DNA of 48,898 nucleotides. Origin: a virus. Below the pieces are notes generated by a model that saw nothing but the letters and a program-made list of their open reading frames with translations, had not been told where the DNA came from and did no database searches. Below are positions 24,942-34,653 of the stretch, in pieces. A program made the translations under genes and the position numbers. The number at the start of each line of letters is the position of its first letter. Position 1 is the first letter of the stretch. Location of the stretch: positions 1 to 48,898 of IMG/VR virus record IMGVR_UViG_3300031622_000002; one strand, written 5' to 3'.

Positions 24942-26840
24942 TTAAAGTAGTCCTAGCTCGTTAAGTTGGTTTTTATATTCTCTTACGATATCTGCCGGAT
25001 ATTTTTTAGTTCTATCATATATTTGTTTTTCTGATGGCGTTAATTCACGATATATTTTTGACTCTAATTCTTTTGTAGCCTTTTTCTTTAGTCGTTGCAA
25101 AGTATTGGCGGTAACGTTAGCGGCTCCGGCTTCTCTATTCTCTGTGTTTCTGCGTCGAGTGTTTGTAAAAGTCGTTAAAGCTTCAGAATCATTTAAAAGA
25201 ATTTCGTCGTTTGAAATATCTGTAAGTTTATAATAATTTTTATAATCATTAATTTCTTGTTCAGTAATTGTGTCCGTTTCAACTTCTTCGGTTACTGCTA
25301 TGCTATCACCTGTATTAGCCTCAACAGAAACAGCATCGCTAGTTGTACCGATTACTGAAAACTTACCAGTTCCTGTATTTCCTGTTGTTACTGCTCCTGT
25401 TCCTGCTTCTGTTACTGCTCCTGTTTGTTCAAAAGGACTATCGTTTACTCCGTTAGCATTGTCAGGATCAAGTTCTGGATAAGCGCCGACTACAGACTGT
25501 AATGCCGCTTCGTCATACGCAAGCAACTCTGCTTTTAAGCGAATAATGTCTGAAATTGCTTCTTTACGATCTGGGTTAATTACGTACTTTTCGTTTAACT
25601 GTTCTTCAGTTAGTCCTTCATTATTTTTTCGAACTTTGGCTTCAGCTTGTGTCCGCAGTTCTTCAGCCTCCGCTAAGTTTACTCTTGCATCAATATACGG
25701 TTTGCTTGTTGAAACGGCTAATATACTAGCAGAGAGTGCGTCATCTGCCGCCAACTGTCTTTTAGAATAAGTAGGAACAGGATGAGTTCCAAGTAGCGTT
25801 CTATAAATTTCAAGATTCTTAGTCCTTTGTAATACAGTTGTAGCTCCCGCTTTGAACCCTTCTTCTATTCCAAGTTTTCTTCCTTCATCAGTAATGTGTT
25901 TATTAAACTGCGTAGTAACATTAAATACTAAGTTAAGCTGAGTTGTTTTAGCTTCATCTGTTCGTTCGTCTATTTTTTTAATTACAGTATTTGCTATATC
26001 TAGCTCTCCAGTAAACATATCTATAGGTGTCTGCGCTATAATAACTATTCCGTCGCTAGTTACAGTCTGACTTGTTTTATATTCTTGTAAAGCGCCTCGA
26101 ACTGATTTATCTTCATCTAAACCAAAAGTATTTGCAATTTCACGAGCCTCAACAAAATCCCCACCTGTATCTTTTAAAATCTGATCAAACATCATAAGGT
26201 TAGCCGCGCTCTGAGCATACGCAGAGTTTCTATAAGCTTCAACTGCTTCAGCTTCTCTTTTTTCTGAACCAAAAAAAGCAGTAAACTGATTAGTAGATAT
26301 CTTAGATCGTCCAAGTTCAAAGGCTTTTTCTTTACTACCAGAGCCTTTAAATTTTGTTTGGGCTTCTAAACTTTTAGAATACTTTTTATATGCTTCTTCA
26401 CCTAGATTTTTAACTTCTTCAAGTTTTAAAAATTCTGATTTATAGGCTCGTTTAAACTGTTCTTGTAGCTCTGGAGTTGAGTTCCACCTTAGATTTTTTT
26501 TATTTCTAAGAGCTTGTTCTAGTTGTAAGTCTGCTTGTTCATCAATAAAATAATCTTTTCCTGAAAGTTTAGAAGCTTCTAAATTAGTTGTTACACCATC
26601 TAGTTGCTTGTCTATTTTTTCTGCTTGTCTAATCATAATGTTAGTATCTAACACTTCTTTATTTTGCTCAAAGCTATTCATCTGATTAGCCAGTTTACTG
26701 TTCCCAATGTTACCTATTAAAACTCCACCAAGCTCTAGCAGGTCAGCTTTTTTTTTCCGCTTACGTGCCGCTTTAGCTTGATCATCTTTTCTTTTACGGA
26801 CATCTTGAAGAAGCGATTCTCCATATTCTCTTATAGCCAT
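24942..26840 (-). CDS. Virion-associated protein, 632 aa, function unknown
   Basis: Long ORF tightly packed between structural genes (2-nt and 4-nt gaps). Includes a T/G/A/V-rich low-complexity central segment. Confidence 0.7.
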   Translation of the reverse strand: MAIREYGESLLQDVRKRKDDQAKAARKRKKKADLLELGGVLIGNIGNSKLANQMNSFEQNKEVLDTNIMIRQAEKIDKQLDGVTTNLEASKLSGKDYFIDEQADLQLEQALRNKKNLRWNSTPELQEQFKRAYKSEFLKLEEVKNLGEEAYKKYSKSLEAQTKFKGSGSKEKAFELGRSKISTNQFTAFFGSEKREAEAVEAYRNSAYAQSAANLMMFDQILKDTGGDFVEAREIANTFGLDEDKSVRGALQEYKTSQTVTSDGIVIIAQTPIDMFTGELDIANTVIKKIDERTDEAKTTQLNLVFNVTTQFNKHITDEGRKLGIEEGFKAGATTVLQRTKNLEIYRTLLGTHPVPTYSKRQLAADDALSASILAVSTSKPYIDARVNLAEAEELRTQAEAKVRKNNEGLTEEQLNEKYVINPDRKEAISDIIRLKAELLAYDEAALQSVVGAYPELDPDNANGVNDSPFEQTGAVTEAGTGAVTTGNTGTGKFSVIGTTSDAVSVEANTGDSIAVTEEVETDTITEQEINDYKNYYKLTDISNDEILLNDSEALTTFTNTRRRNTENREAGAANVTANTLQRLKKKATKELESKIYRELTPSEKQIYDRTKKYPADIVREYKNQLNELGLL

Positions 26841-26844
26841 AACA

Positions 26845-27456
26845 TTAAATTCCTTGTGGGGGAGACATTAAACTCTGTTGATCTGGAGCAGGTTTTTCTT
26901 CAGGGAAAGCTAATAAACTTTCTTGCTTAGTTTCTATTTTAGGAAGCTCTGCTATTTGTTGCTCCATTTCAGGCGTTATTACATTAGCCGGAACTCGTCC
27001 GGTTTGTCCTGCTTTTTGAAGCTTTTTAAGTCTATCTTCTGCAACAGTAACGCCAAGATATTGTTGCTCTATTTCTTCGTCTTCTTCTTCTCCGCGATAA
27101 ATAACCATTGGCAAGTCTAGTTTTTCAGCTAAAGCAATAATCATGTAGGCAACAGGCTCAACTAACATAAACATTAAGTCGGGATTAAATTTACCTTCTT
27201 GAAACTCTACAAAAAGTAAAGTCTGTGCTATGTCCATAATTGCAGTACCATCTCCAACAGCGTTCATAATTGAAGTATATACATCTGGCTCTATAAGCTT
27301 ACCAAACATGTATTCAGAAGCGCCATGCACCGAAACAAACTCAGGTGCTTGCTCATACAGATCAGGTTTTTCTGGATCGTTTGTTAAAGATTGGCCGGGA
27401 ATTGGTCGCTTACCGCTAAGTTGGATTTTTTTATACTCTTCTTCTGCTGTTGCCAT
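26845..27456 (-). CDS. Structural-module protein, 203 aa, function unknown
   Basis: ORF with acidic stretch RGEEEDEEIEQQ. Packed within the operon. Confidence 0.65.
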   Translation of the reverse strand: MATAEEEYKKIQLSGKRPIPGQSLTNDPEKPDLYEQAPEFVSVHGASEYMFGKLIEPDVYTSIMNAVGDGTAIMDIAQTLLFVEFQEGKFNPDLMFMLVEPVAYMIIALAEKLDLPMVIYRGEEEDEEIEQQYLGVTVAEDRLKKLQKAGQTGRVPANVITPEMEQQIAELPKIETKQESLLAFPEEKPAPDQQSLMSPPQGI

Positions 27457-27469
27457 AATTTAAAACCCT

Positions 27470-28915
27470 TTAAACTGTAGTGTTGGAATACTGATTAGTT
27501 TGATTCATATATCCGTTGTACTGAAAAGCAGTGTATCCGAAAGCCATTGGATTATTAGAAACTTGTTGTTCAAAAGAACGTGCATTCATTAGCTCTGGAG
27601 CGCCGTAAGTCCCTACATCTGCTGTTTGAAATTCAGGAATATCTGCGCCAAACGAATACTGATTATATACTGGTTTTTCTTCAAGACCCATTTCTTGAGC
27701 GAGTCTAGTAACTGCTTTGTTTTGTAGCTTACCAGTAGCTCCTTCTAAGGGATTGCTTAAAAAACTTCTTCCTTCATTGTACATATTTTTAGGCAAGTCT
27801 AAGAAGTTTTGACCTAAATCTTTTACACCTTCTGAGAATGCACTTCCTCGTATGTCACCTGTTTGAAATCTTTTAAACATATTTTTATTAGCATTGTTTA
27901 AAGTGTTAAAGTTGTCTTGAGACATATACCATTCGTTATCGCCTATTTTAAATTGAATGTCGTCTTTAATTCCTTTCGGTGAAAATTTAAAATCAATTAA
28001 TTCTTTATTTGTATATTCACCGCCTATATCAGTAATTTGTTGGTCAGTATACTTTGAAAGAGGGTCGTTTACATTTGTATTTACTCCAATGTTAACATCA
28101 GAATCTACTCGTTTAAAGTTACTATCTGTTATTTTGCTTTCTTGCACATCTTTTAAATTAACAGGTTTCTTAGCAATTTCTTTAGATGCGTCATCTGCTG
28201 TAGCTTTAAACGCACTTTCATATTGCGCATCTCTAGCCGTAAAAAAACTTTCAGACTGTGTTAAATTTCCAAATCTAGAGGCTTCTCCAACACTACGCGA
28301 AAACGCACTGTCTGTAACTGTTCCTGTAGCACTGTTACCTGCACCAAAAAAATTATCAGCCGCATTTGCAAACATATCACCTTTAAAACCTAATTTTTTA
28401 CCCGCAGTTTTTGCAAAATTTGTAAGAGTTTCAGTAACTCCTTGAGTAATATTGTTAAATACTGTTCCTGCTTTACCAACAGTACTGCTAACAAATCGCA
28501 TCATGTTTCCGGCACCGTTAATAACACCTGACATTGCTCCAGTATAACCTGCTAAACCTGAAGCTGTTTGTGTTATTCCTGCAATAGCCGCTTGACTTGC
28601 GGCAGTTCCGGCGGCTGTAGCGGCGGCGGCGGTAGCACCTGTAGCTGTTGCGGCGGCAGTAGCTCCGGCGGCGGCAGAGGCTCCTGCGGCACTAGCGGCG
28701 GCGGCACCTTGAGCGGCTGTCTGACCCGCTATGCCTGTCCACATTGACCCTAAAGCCTGTCCAATTCCCGGCAAAATAAACATCATGGCTATTTGACCAA
28801 GCACACCAATTTTATTCATAAATTTGCCAAACTTTTTAAAGGCACTTTTAATTCCTTTGCCAATACTTTTAACGCCTTTTTTAAGTCCTTTCCAAACTTT
28901 ACTAAAAAATCCCAT
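27470..28915 (-). CDS. Putative internal virion / membrane-active protein, 481 aa
   Basis: N-terminal cationic amphipathic segment MGFFSKVWKGLKKGVKSIGKGIKSAFKKFGKFMNKIG, then a hydrophobic helix and a poly-Ala/Thr/Gly tract. Confidence 0.7.
   Translation of the reverse strand: MGFFSKVWKGLKKGVKSIGKGIKSAFKKFGKFMNKIGVLGQIAMMFILPGIGQALGSMWTGIAGQTAAQGAAAASAAGASAAAGATAAATATGATAAAATAAGTAASQAAIAGITQTASGLAGYTGAMSGVINGAGNMMRFVSSTVGKAGTVFNNITQGVTETLTNFAKTAGKKLGFKGDMFANAADNFFGAGNSATGTVTDSAFSRSVGEASRFGNLTQSESFFTARDAQYESAFKATADDASKEIAKKPVNLKDVQESKITDSNFKRVDSDVNIGVNTNVNDPLSKYTDQQITDIGGEYTNKELIDFKFSPKGIKDDIQFKIGDNEWYMSQDNFNTLNNANKNMFKRFQTGDIRGSAFSEGVKDLGQNFLDLPKNMYNEGRSFLSNPLEGATGKLQNKAVTRLAQEMGLEEKPVYNQYSFGADIPEFQTADVGTYGAPELMNARSFEQQVSNNPMAFGYTAFQYNGYMNQTNQYSNTTV
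28586..28720 (-). repeat. GCN-rich low-complexity tract encoding about 45 aa of Ala/Thr/Gly
   Basis: gcggcggcggcggtagc...gcggcggcagaggctcctgcggcactagcggcggcggca, translating to AAAASAAGASAAAGATAAATATGATAAAATAAGTAASQAA. Confidence 0.85.
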
Positions 28916-28917
28916 TA

Positions 28918-31900
28918 TTAAATTCCACCCGTAATTCCACCATATGTTTTAAGTAATGCTAAAAGAGAACCTGTACTAGTTTCTGCATCTTTAGCCGCCC
29001 CTGACTCATTTCCAATAGCTGTTGCAAGTAGCTGAGCTTCTCGTTGTTCGTTGTTTTCATAAGATTGTCTTATGTACGCGGCTTCATCTCTTAATGTTTG
29101 CCACATTTGAGTTTGATCTAGTGCAGAAATGTTATACGCGTTTTGAACATTCATTTGATTAGCCGCATTAGCGGCGGCAGTGTTTGCAGTATTAGCTTGT
29201 CTACGCCACTGAATGTTAGACTGTTCAACAGCCTGTGCGTTTGATGCATTCCATTGATCACGTTGATTATCAATAGAAGCATTAAACTTGCTTATATCAA
29301 CTTCAAGCTGTGCTGTAAGGCTATCAGCTTGCAACGTATTTCCTGCTTCAATAGCCGCTGTACGATTAGCTTCAGTGACGTTAAAAGACTCCATAGCGTT
29401 TCGCGCACTGGTATTAAACTGCTTCATGTTGTTAGACTGACTAATCATAAACTGGTCTATTTGGTTTTGCGAAGTAGCGCCAAATTGTAACGCGGCATTT
29501 TTAGCGGCTTGGTCAGACAACAAAGTCTGTTGAGCCATTTGTTGATCCATAACAATACCTTGTTGCTCGTTGTTAAGGTTAGCCATGTCCATAGTTAAGA
29601 AGTTTTTAGCGTTTTCTACGGATACTCTTGTACGTGCATCAGCGTTAGCAAGATCAACCTGTGTTAGCATTGTAGCGTTCTGTATTGCTGTTTGCTGATC
29701 GGCACTGAACTTTGTAGCCGTCATAGTCTGCATAAACTTACTGTTAGCCAGTGCCATTTGTTGCTCACCGCTAAACTCGCTCATATCAAAGTTAGCGTTT
29801 ATTTGAGCGTTAAACATTGCCGCGCTTTGTTCGTTGCTAAGATTTGCAAGTCCCATTTGCTGTGCAAGCTGTGCGTTGACCTGTCCTGCCGCCATTTTCT
29901 TTTCGTAGACTTGAAGCTCTGCAATGTTCTCAGCAGACATAGAAGCCATGTCAGCTTGACTCCGTGAGCTAAGGTTAGCTAGGCTTATCTTCTCTTCCAT
30001 AGAAAGATTAGCCATGTCAGCATTCTGTTCAAGCTGTTCGTTTTGCGACATGACCTGAACATAAGTATTAAGCTCTTGTAATCGTCCTCTGTTTCCTTCA
30101 GTAAAGTTTGCATTATCTGCGGCGGCTCTTTCAGACAACTCAGCCAACTCCATCTGCTGTTCGTTACCTAAGTTTGCAAGCTCCATTTGCTGTGCAAAAC
30201 CCGCATTAGTTTTCTTAAAGTCTACAAGAGTATTAAGATTAGCAAGACGCATTTGTTGGTCAGCAGACATGTTAGCTCTTTCTGTTGTGTTCTTTTCAGA
30301 AAGTTCTGACAACTCTACTTTAAGTCTTGCATCTAAATTTACTTCTTCCATGCGCGAGTTAAGCTCAGTCTGGCGTATAGAGCGTTGAACTTTAGCGTTG
30401 TATGTAGTTAACTTAGACTGCTGTTCGTTAGTTAATGATTCAGAATCAGCACGGTTTAAAGACTCTAAGTTTGCAAGCTCTGTTTGCTGATCAGTACTAA
30501 AGGTTTGAGAGATTGCTTGCTGACGCATCTCAGCATTCTTTACGCCTGTAGTTAGCTTAGCGTTTAAGTTAGCAAGCTCTACTTGTTGTCGAGCATTTAA
30601 GTTCTCTGAAGACGCTTGGTTTTGAGCCGTAAGATTAGCAAGCTGTAAACGCTCCTCTGAACTCATGTTAGCTAACTCAGTCTGCTGACGGAACCCAGTG
30701 TTCTGCGCCATGTGCTGTGCGGCAGTCTGTAGCTGTGTAAGTTTAAAACGATTAGCTTCTGTAAAGTTAGCACTGTCAGTAGCAGATTTGTCAGCTAATA
30801 TTGCCATTTCCATTTGCTGTGCATTGCCCATACTAGCTAAGTCCATTTGCTGAGCTAGTTGAGCGTTTGTAGTTTTAAAGGTTACTAAAGTTTCTAAGTT
30901 TTTTAAACGCATTTGTTGATCTGCGCTCATGTTTGCACGAGAGGTGTTGTTCTTTTCAGACAGTTCAGATAGTTCTATTTTTAAACTGCTATCTAAGTTA
31001 GCAACTTCCATTTGCTGATCTAGTTCTGCTTGACGACTAGCTCGCGTAACAACATTATTAAGTCTTGTTAACTCAAATTGATTCTCTGCTGTAAAGTTTG
31101 CTGTGTCTGTAGCGGCTCTTTCAGATAAGTTAGCAAGTTCCATTTGTTGCTCATTGGACATATTAGCTAAGTCCATTTGCTGAGCAAACTGTGCGTCAGT
31201 TTTACGGAAGTCTATAAGAGTTTGTATGTTTGTCATACGCTTTTGATTTTCTGCGGTCATTGTATCTTTAGAGGCCGCATTCATTTCAGACACACGTTGC
31301 ATTTCAACCTGTAAAGACTGTGAAATATTAGCTTTTTCCATGTCCTGATTAAGTTCTGCCTGACGCATGGTTTTATTTATTTGAGCATTATACGTTTGTA
31401 ATCTTGCTTGTTGATCAGCAGTCATGTTTTGAGACTCTGCTTGATTTAAAGCTTGCAAGTTTGCTAAGTCCATTTGAGCATTTGTGCTTAACTGAGCTAT
31501 AGCGGCTTGTTGAGTCTGTGCGGATGTTTGTTGCGCTCGTTGCTGAGCCATTTGTGCATTAGTTAATTCTGTCTGCTGACGTTGCTCTGCTGAAGTCATA
31601 ACAGCTTGTTGATTAAATGTACCTTGTTGTACTTGAATCTGCTGAGCCATTTGAGCAGTCTGTGACGAGGCAGTCTGACGGTTAGCAAGATTCTGCATCC
31701 GTATCTGCATAACACCTTGAGCAGTCGAAAGATTAGCTTGCTGTTGATTAGACAAGTTTTGCTGTGCGCGTTGCTGTAAAGCTTGAGCATTGCTCTGAGC
31801 CATTGGCAAAGCACTTTGGATAATAGCATTAAACAAAGCATCACGGCCTACAGTAGAAACACTTAAACCTCTAGCGGCCATTTGTTGGTTCATTGCATCT

Positions 31901-33996
31901 ATAGCGGGCTTAGCCCACAATGGAGTTTTACCATCTTCCATACCTGCAAGTAAACCTTCCATCTGTGTGGAGACAAGTGCTTCAACAGGCAAAGCCGCAA
32001 TAGCCGCAATAGTCTGTGGGTCAGCATCTTCGTCTTTTTCTACACGAACTGTTGCAGGGTCTTCAGCAATAGCGGCTGTTATTTCTGGCTGTACGTTTGC
32101 AACAACCGCGTTCATATCTGCGGCGGCTACGGTTCTGTCCTTGCCTGTAACAGCTTGCATAGTTGCGGCGGCCATTGTAGGAACACCACCAATTTGTGCG
32201 GCATCTCCTTGAGGCGCGTCACCTGTAATAGCTTCACGGCCTACTAAATCTACAGATTCTGCATCGCCTAGTTCAGTAGCAATGCGCTGTGCGGCTTCTC
32301 CTACTTGTGCGGTTCTTGTAGCGGCTACTTCATAAGCGGGTATGGCATCTATGTCTGTATTGCCGCCTTCGGGTGTAAAGTCTGCGGCATAGTATTCTGC
32401 TTGTGCAGGTTTTTTATCTTCAGGAATAATCATTGGCTCATATTGTCGTTCAACGGCCACGCCTGTTTGATTTTCGCGCGATAGTTCCAATGTAAAATCT
32501 TGTAACTCGCCTGTTTGTTCAGCCGTAGCTTCAGCAGATTGATCTTCTGTAACTGCATCTCTACGGTCTTTTTGTGCTTGTACGTCACCCACAGTTGCAG
32601 AAGCCATGTCGCCTTGATCAGCGGCTTGACGGCCTTCACGATCTGCAAAACCTGCTTCGCCTACGTCAGCTATTTGTTCTTTCTGTCCTGCGGCAACATT
32701 AGCGGCTTCTAAGAAATCTGCGGAGGCAGTAGTTCCTTCAGAAGAACTCATAGAAACGGCATCGCCTTCTGCGGCTGTGCCTGTTTGGGCTTCTCTAAAC
32801 TCTCTAGAGTTTCTGTAGTCTATTAAAGCTTGATCAGGATCAACGCCACGTTTTTCAGCATCTAATTTAATTTCATCAATTTTAGATTGTGGTATTACTA
32901 CGCCTGTACGTGTGTCTACATCAGGGCCTTCAACTACAGAAGCAATCTCAGCAACGCCATCTGTAGCGGCTGTAGCATATTTTTTATCAATTAAATCGGG
33001 GTCGCGCTGTGCCGCAGTTCCTCTTGCTTCTGTTTCTTTAGCATCATCGCGTTTAGTTGGATCAGCTTTAGAAGCTTCGGCTCCCCCATCGGTTCCACCT
33101 GCTTTAGCTTGAGTAACTTGTTTATCAAATTTAGCGGCTTTAGTAGTGCCTACACTTCCGGCTGTTTCAGCATCGTAAGTTTCTCTTTTTTTAGTGTCAG
33201 GATTTTCTACTTGTCTACGCGCACCAGTTTCTTTGTTATAAACAAATATATTTCCTTCGCTAGGCATGTCTTGAGGGTAGCCTTTGTTTTTTGCAGGAGT
33301 CCTAGAAAACCCTTCTGGTACTCCTGATTCAGCGGCTTGGCTTGCAGAACCTTGTTCGACTGTCAGGGCTTCCGCAGTCACAGTACTTGATGTAGCGTCT
33401 GTAGCGTCGGTAAGCTGTTGAACAGCAGAACGGTCAGTAATGCCTTCTTGTGAATCAATACTTACAGAGTCTGCTTGACGAATGTTAGCTTGTGGGCCTG
33501 TAACTTTTATATCTGTAGGAGCAGTAGCAAAAGACGCACTGCCGCCACCCGTAGTTGCGCTAAAACCATTAGCCGCGTTCCATCGACCTAGCTCTCTTGT
33601 TTCTGCGTCTGTTGGAAAAGCCGGATTTGCAGGAATAGGACGCGGAGTACCATATAAAGGACTATCTGGATTTCCCTCTCCTTGAACCTCGCTAGTCGCT
33701 GTTGTTGGGCCTGTTCTAGTTACACTTCCACTGCTCATAGGGTTTTGTTGCGCTAAGGATGAAGCGGTTGGTTGTGTTATGTTAGGAGCTACGAAAACAT
33801 CTGAAACATCGGGCTTAACTACATTTGAACTGTTACCCGCCGCACCTTTAGGTGGATTGCCGCTGTCATCATAAGGAGCAGGAGACTTTGGCATAGGCTT
33901 AGGTATAAAAGCAGGGCTACCACCCCTAGCGTATTTTTTACGTTTCAGAGACTTCAAAGTCTTGTTAGCGTTTTTCTTGTTTTCTTTTTTACTCAT
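28918..33996 (-). CDS. Giant repeat-rich virion protein, 1692 aa (Q/N/A-rich coiled-coil)
   Basis: Basic N-terminus (MSKKENKKNANKTLKSLKRKKYARGG), a P/T/G/A-rich region, then about 900 aa of Q/N/A/L/M repeats built around (M/L)(E/D)LANL..EQQ. Confidence 0.8.
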   Translation of the reverse strand: MSKKENKKNANKTLKSLKRKKYARGGSPAFIPKPMPKSPAPYDDSGNPPKGAAGNSSNVVKPDVSDVFVAPNITQPTASSLAQQNPMSSGSVTRTGPTTATSEVQGEGNPDSPLYGTPRPIPANPAFPTDAETRELGRWNAANGFSATTGGGSASFATAPTDIKVTGPQANIRQADSVSIDSQEGITDRSAVQQLTDATDATSSTVTAEALTVEQGSASQAAESGVPEGFSRTPAKNKGYPQDMPSEGNIFVYNKETGARRQVENPDTKKRETYDAETAGSVGTTKAAKFDKQVTQAKAGGTDGGAEASKADPTKRDDAKETEARGTAAQRDPDLIDKKYATAATDGVAEIASVVEGPDVDTRTGVVIPQSKIDEIKLDAEKRGVDPDQALIDYRNSREFREAQTGTAAEGDAVSMSSSEGTTASADFLEAANVAAGQKEQIADVGEAGFADREGRQAADQGDMASATVGDVQAQKDRRDAVTEDQSAEATAEQTGELQDFTLELSRENQTGVAVERQYEPMIIPEDKKPAQAEYYAADFTPEGGNTDIDAIPAYEVAATRTAQVGEAAQRIATELGDAESVDLVGREAITGDAPQGDAAQIGGVPTMAAATMQAVTGKDRTVAAADMNAVVANVQPEITAAIAEDPATVRVEKDEDADPQTIAAIAALPVEALVSTQMEGLLAGMEDGKTPLWAKPAIDAMNQQMAARGLSVSTVGRDALFNAIIQSALPMAQSNAQALQQRAQQNLSNQQQANLSTAQGVMQIRMQNLANRQTASSQTAQMAQQIQVQQGTFNQQAVMTSAEQRQQTELTNAQMAQQRAQQTSAQTQQAAIAQLSTNAQMDLANLQALNQAESQNMTADQQARLQTYNAQINKTMRQAELNQDMEKANISQSLQVEMQRVSEMNAASKDTMTAENQKRMTNIQTLIDFRKTDAQFAQQMDLANMSNEQQMELANLSERAATDTANFTAENQFELTRLNNVVTRASRQAELDQQMEVANLDSSLKIELSELSEKNNTSRANMSADQQMRLKNLETLVTFKTTNAQLAQQMDLASMGNAQQMEMAILADKSATDSANFTEANRFKLTQLQTAAQHMAQNTGFRQQTELANMSSEERLQLANLTAQNQASSENLNARQQVELANLNAKLTTGVKNAEMRQQAISQTFSTDQQTELANLESLNRADSESLTNEQQSKLTTYNAKVQRSIRQTELNSRMEEVNLDARLKVELSELSEKNTTERANMSADQQMRLANLNTLVDFKKTNAGFAQQMELANLGNEQQMELAELSERAAADNANFTEGNRGRLQELNTYVQVMSQNEQLEQNADMANLSMEEKISLANLSSRSQADMASMSAENIAELQVYEKKMAAGQVNAQLAQQMGLANLSNEQSAAMFNAQINANFDMSEFSGEQQMALANSKFMQTMTATKFSADQQTAIQNATMLTQVDLANADARTRVSVENAKNFLTMDMANLNNEQQGIVMDQQMAQQTLLSDQAAKNAALQFGATSQNQIDQFMISQSNNMKQFNTSARNAMESFNVTEANRTAAIEAGNTLQADSLTAQLEVDISKFNASIDNQRDQWNASNAQAVEQSNIQWRRQANTANTAAANAANQMNVQNAYNISALDQTQMWQTLRDEAAYIRQSYENNEQREAQLLATAIGNESGAAKDAETSTGSLLALLKTYGGITGGI
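30050..31370 (-). repeat. Three copies of a ~330-bp (~110-aa) intragenic repeat
   Basis: Units start RQAELNQDMEKANIS (~31370), RQAELDQQMEVANLD (~31040) and RQTELNSRMEEVNLD (~30380). DNA similarity is visible, e.g. 30251..30350 versus 30911..31010 versus 31235..31340. Confidence 0.8.
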
Positions 33997-34165
33997 CGTT
34001 ATCTACCTTTCTATTAACAAGTTTTTGAATTGTTTCTGATTCATAAATCCTAATGCCTAGCCATATAATTGTAAACAAAGAAGCAGTAGGTGGTAGCCAA
34101 CTAATCATAGTTAGTACTCCTGTGCTTGCGGCGGCTATATCTATTACTTCTTTGGTTTCGTTCAT
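33989..34165 (-). CDS. 58-aa membrane mini-protein
   Basis: MNETKEVIDIAAASTGVLTMISWLPPTASLFTIIWLGIRIYESETIQKLVNRKVDNDE. 8-nt overlap with the start of the 1692-aa gene. Below the ORF-track cutoff. Confidence 0.45.
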   Translation of the reverse strand: MNETKEVIDIAAASTGVLTMISWLPPTASLFTIIWLGIRIYESETIQKLVNRKVDNDE

Positions 34166-34170
34166 AAGGT

Positions 34171-34332
34171 TTAATCCTTTGCTTTGTTGCCAAGAAAAGC
34201 GAATTGCTCTAAAACCTTATAAGCTTTAGCAACCCATACGTCATCCTTTGGGGTTTCTGTGTAATTGCAAACAACACTAGCAATAGTTACTAGTGAAGTC
34301 GCAAGTACATATAGGTCTAATAAATATGCCAT
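34171..34332 (-). CDS. 53-aa membrane mini-protein
   Basis: MAYLLDLYVLATSLVTIASVVCNYTETPKDDVWVAKAYKVLEQFAFLGNKAKD. TAATG overlap with the upstream ORF. Confidence 0.45.
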   Translation of the reverse strand: MAYLLDLYVLATSLVTIASVVCNYTETPKDDVWVAKAYKVLEQFAFLGNKAKD

Positions 34333-34640
34333 TAAAACGGTACTCCCCAAGCTGTAGGAGGTGTCTTAGACTTTGTAATCTGCGCGGCTACTTTGTCTTC
34401 AACGCGGGTAACTTCGTCTGAGCCTAGTGTTTCTTTTACCCAACCGACTACATTAGCTTCCGTAAGGCTATCGTAGGCTGTGTAGCCTTCTGCGCTTGCG
34501 TCAGGCGTATAGGACTCCATGCCCGATACTGTGCCTGTGTGATCGCCATCGGTTTCTGATGCGCTCCAAGCGGCATGTACTACGCCCTTGTCAGAGTCTG
34601 TGTTGTATTCTATGTTTGTGATGTTCCAAGTGACTGCCAT
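34332..34640 (-). CDS. Hypothetical fibre-adjacent protein, 102 aa
   Basis: Start taken at ATG 34640 (AAAGGAGAAACAAAATG) rather than the ORF-track start at 34718. MAVTWNITNIEYNTDSDKGVVHAAWSASE... Confidence 0.55.
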   Translation of the reverse strand: MAVTWNITNIEYNTDSDKGVVHAAWSASETDGDHTGTVSGMESYTPDASAEGYTAYDSLTEANVVGWVKETLGSDEVTRVEDKVAAQITKSKTPPTAWGVPF

Positions 34641-34653
34641 TTTGTTTCTCCTT

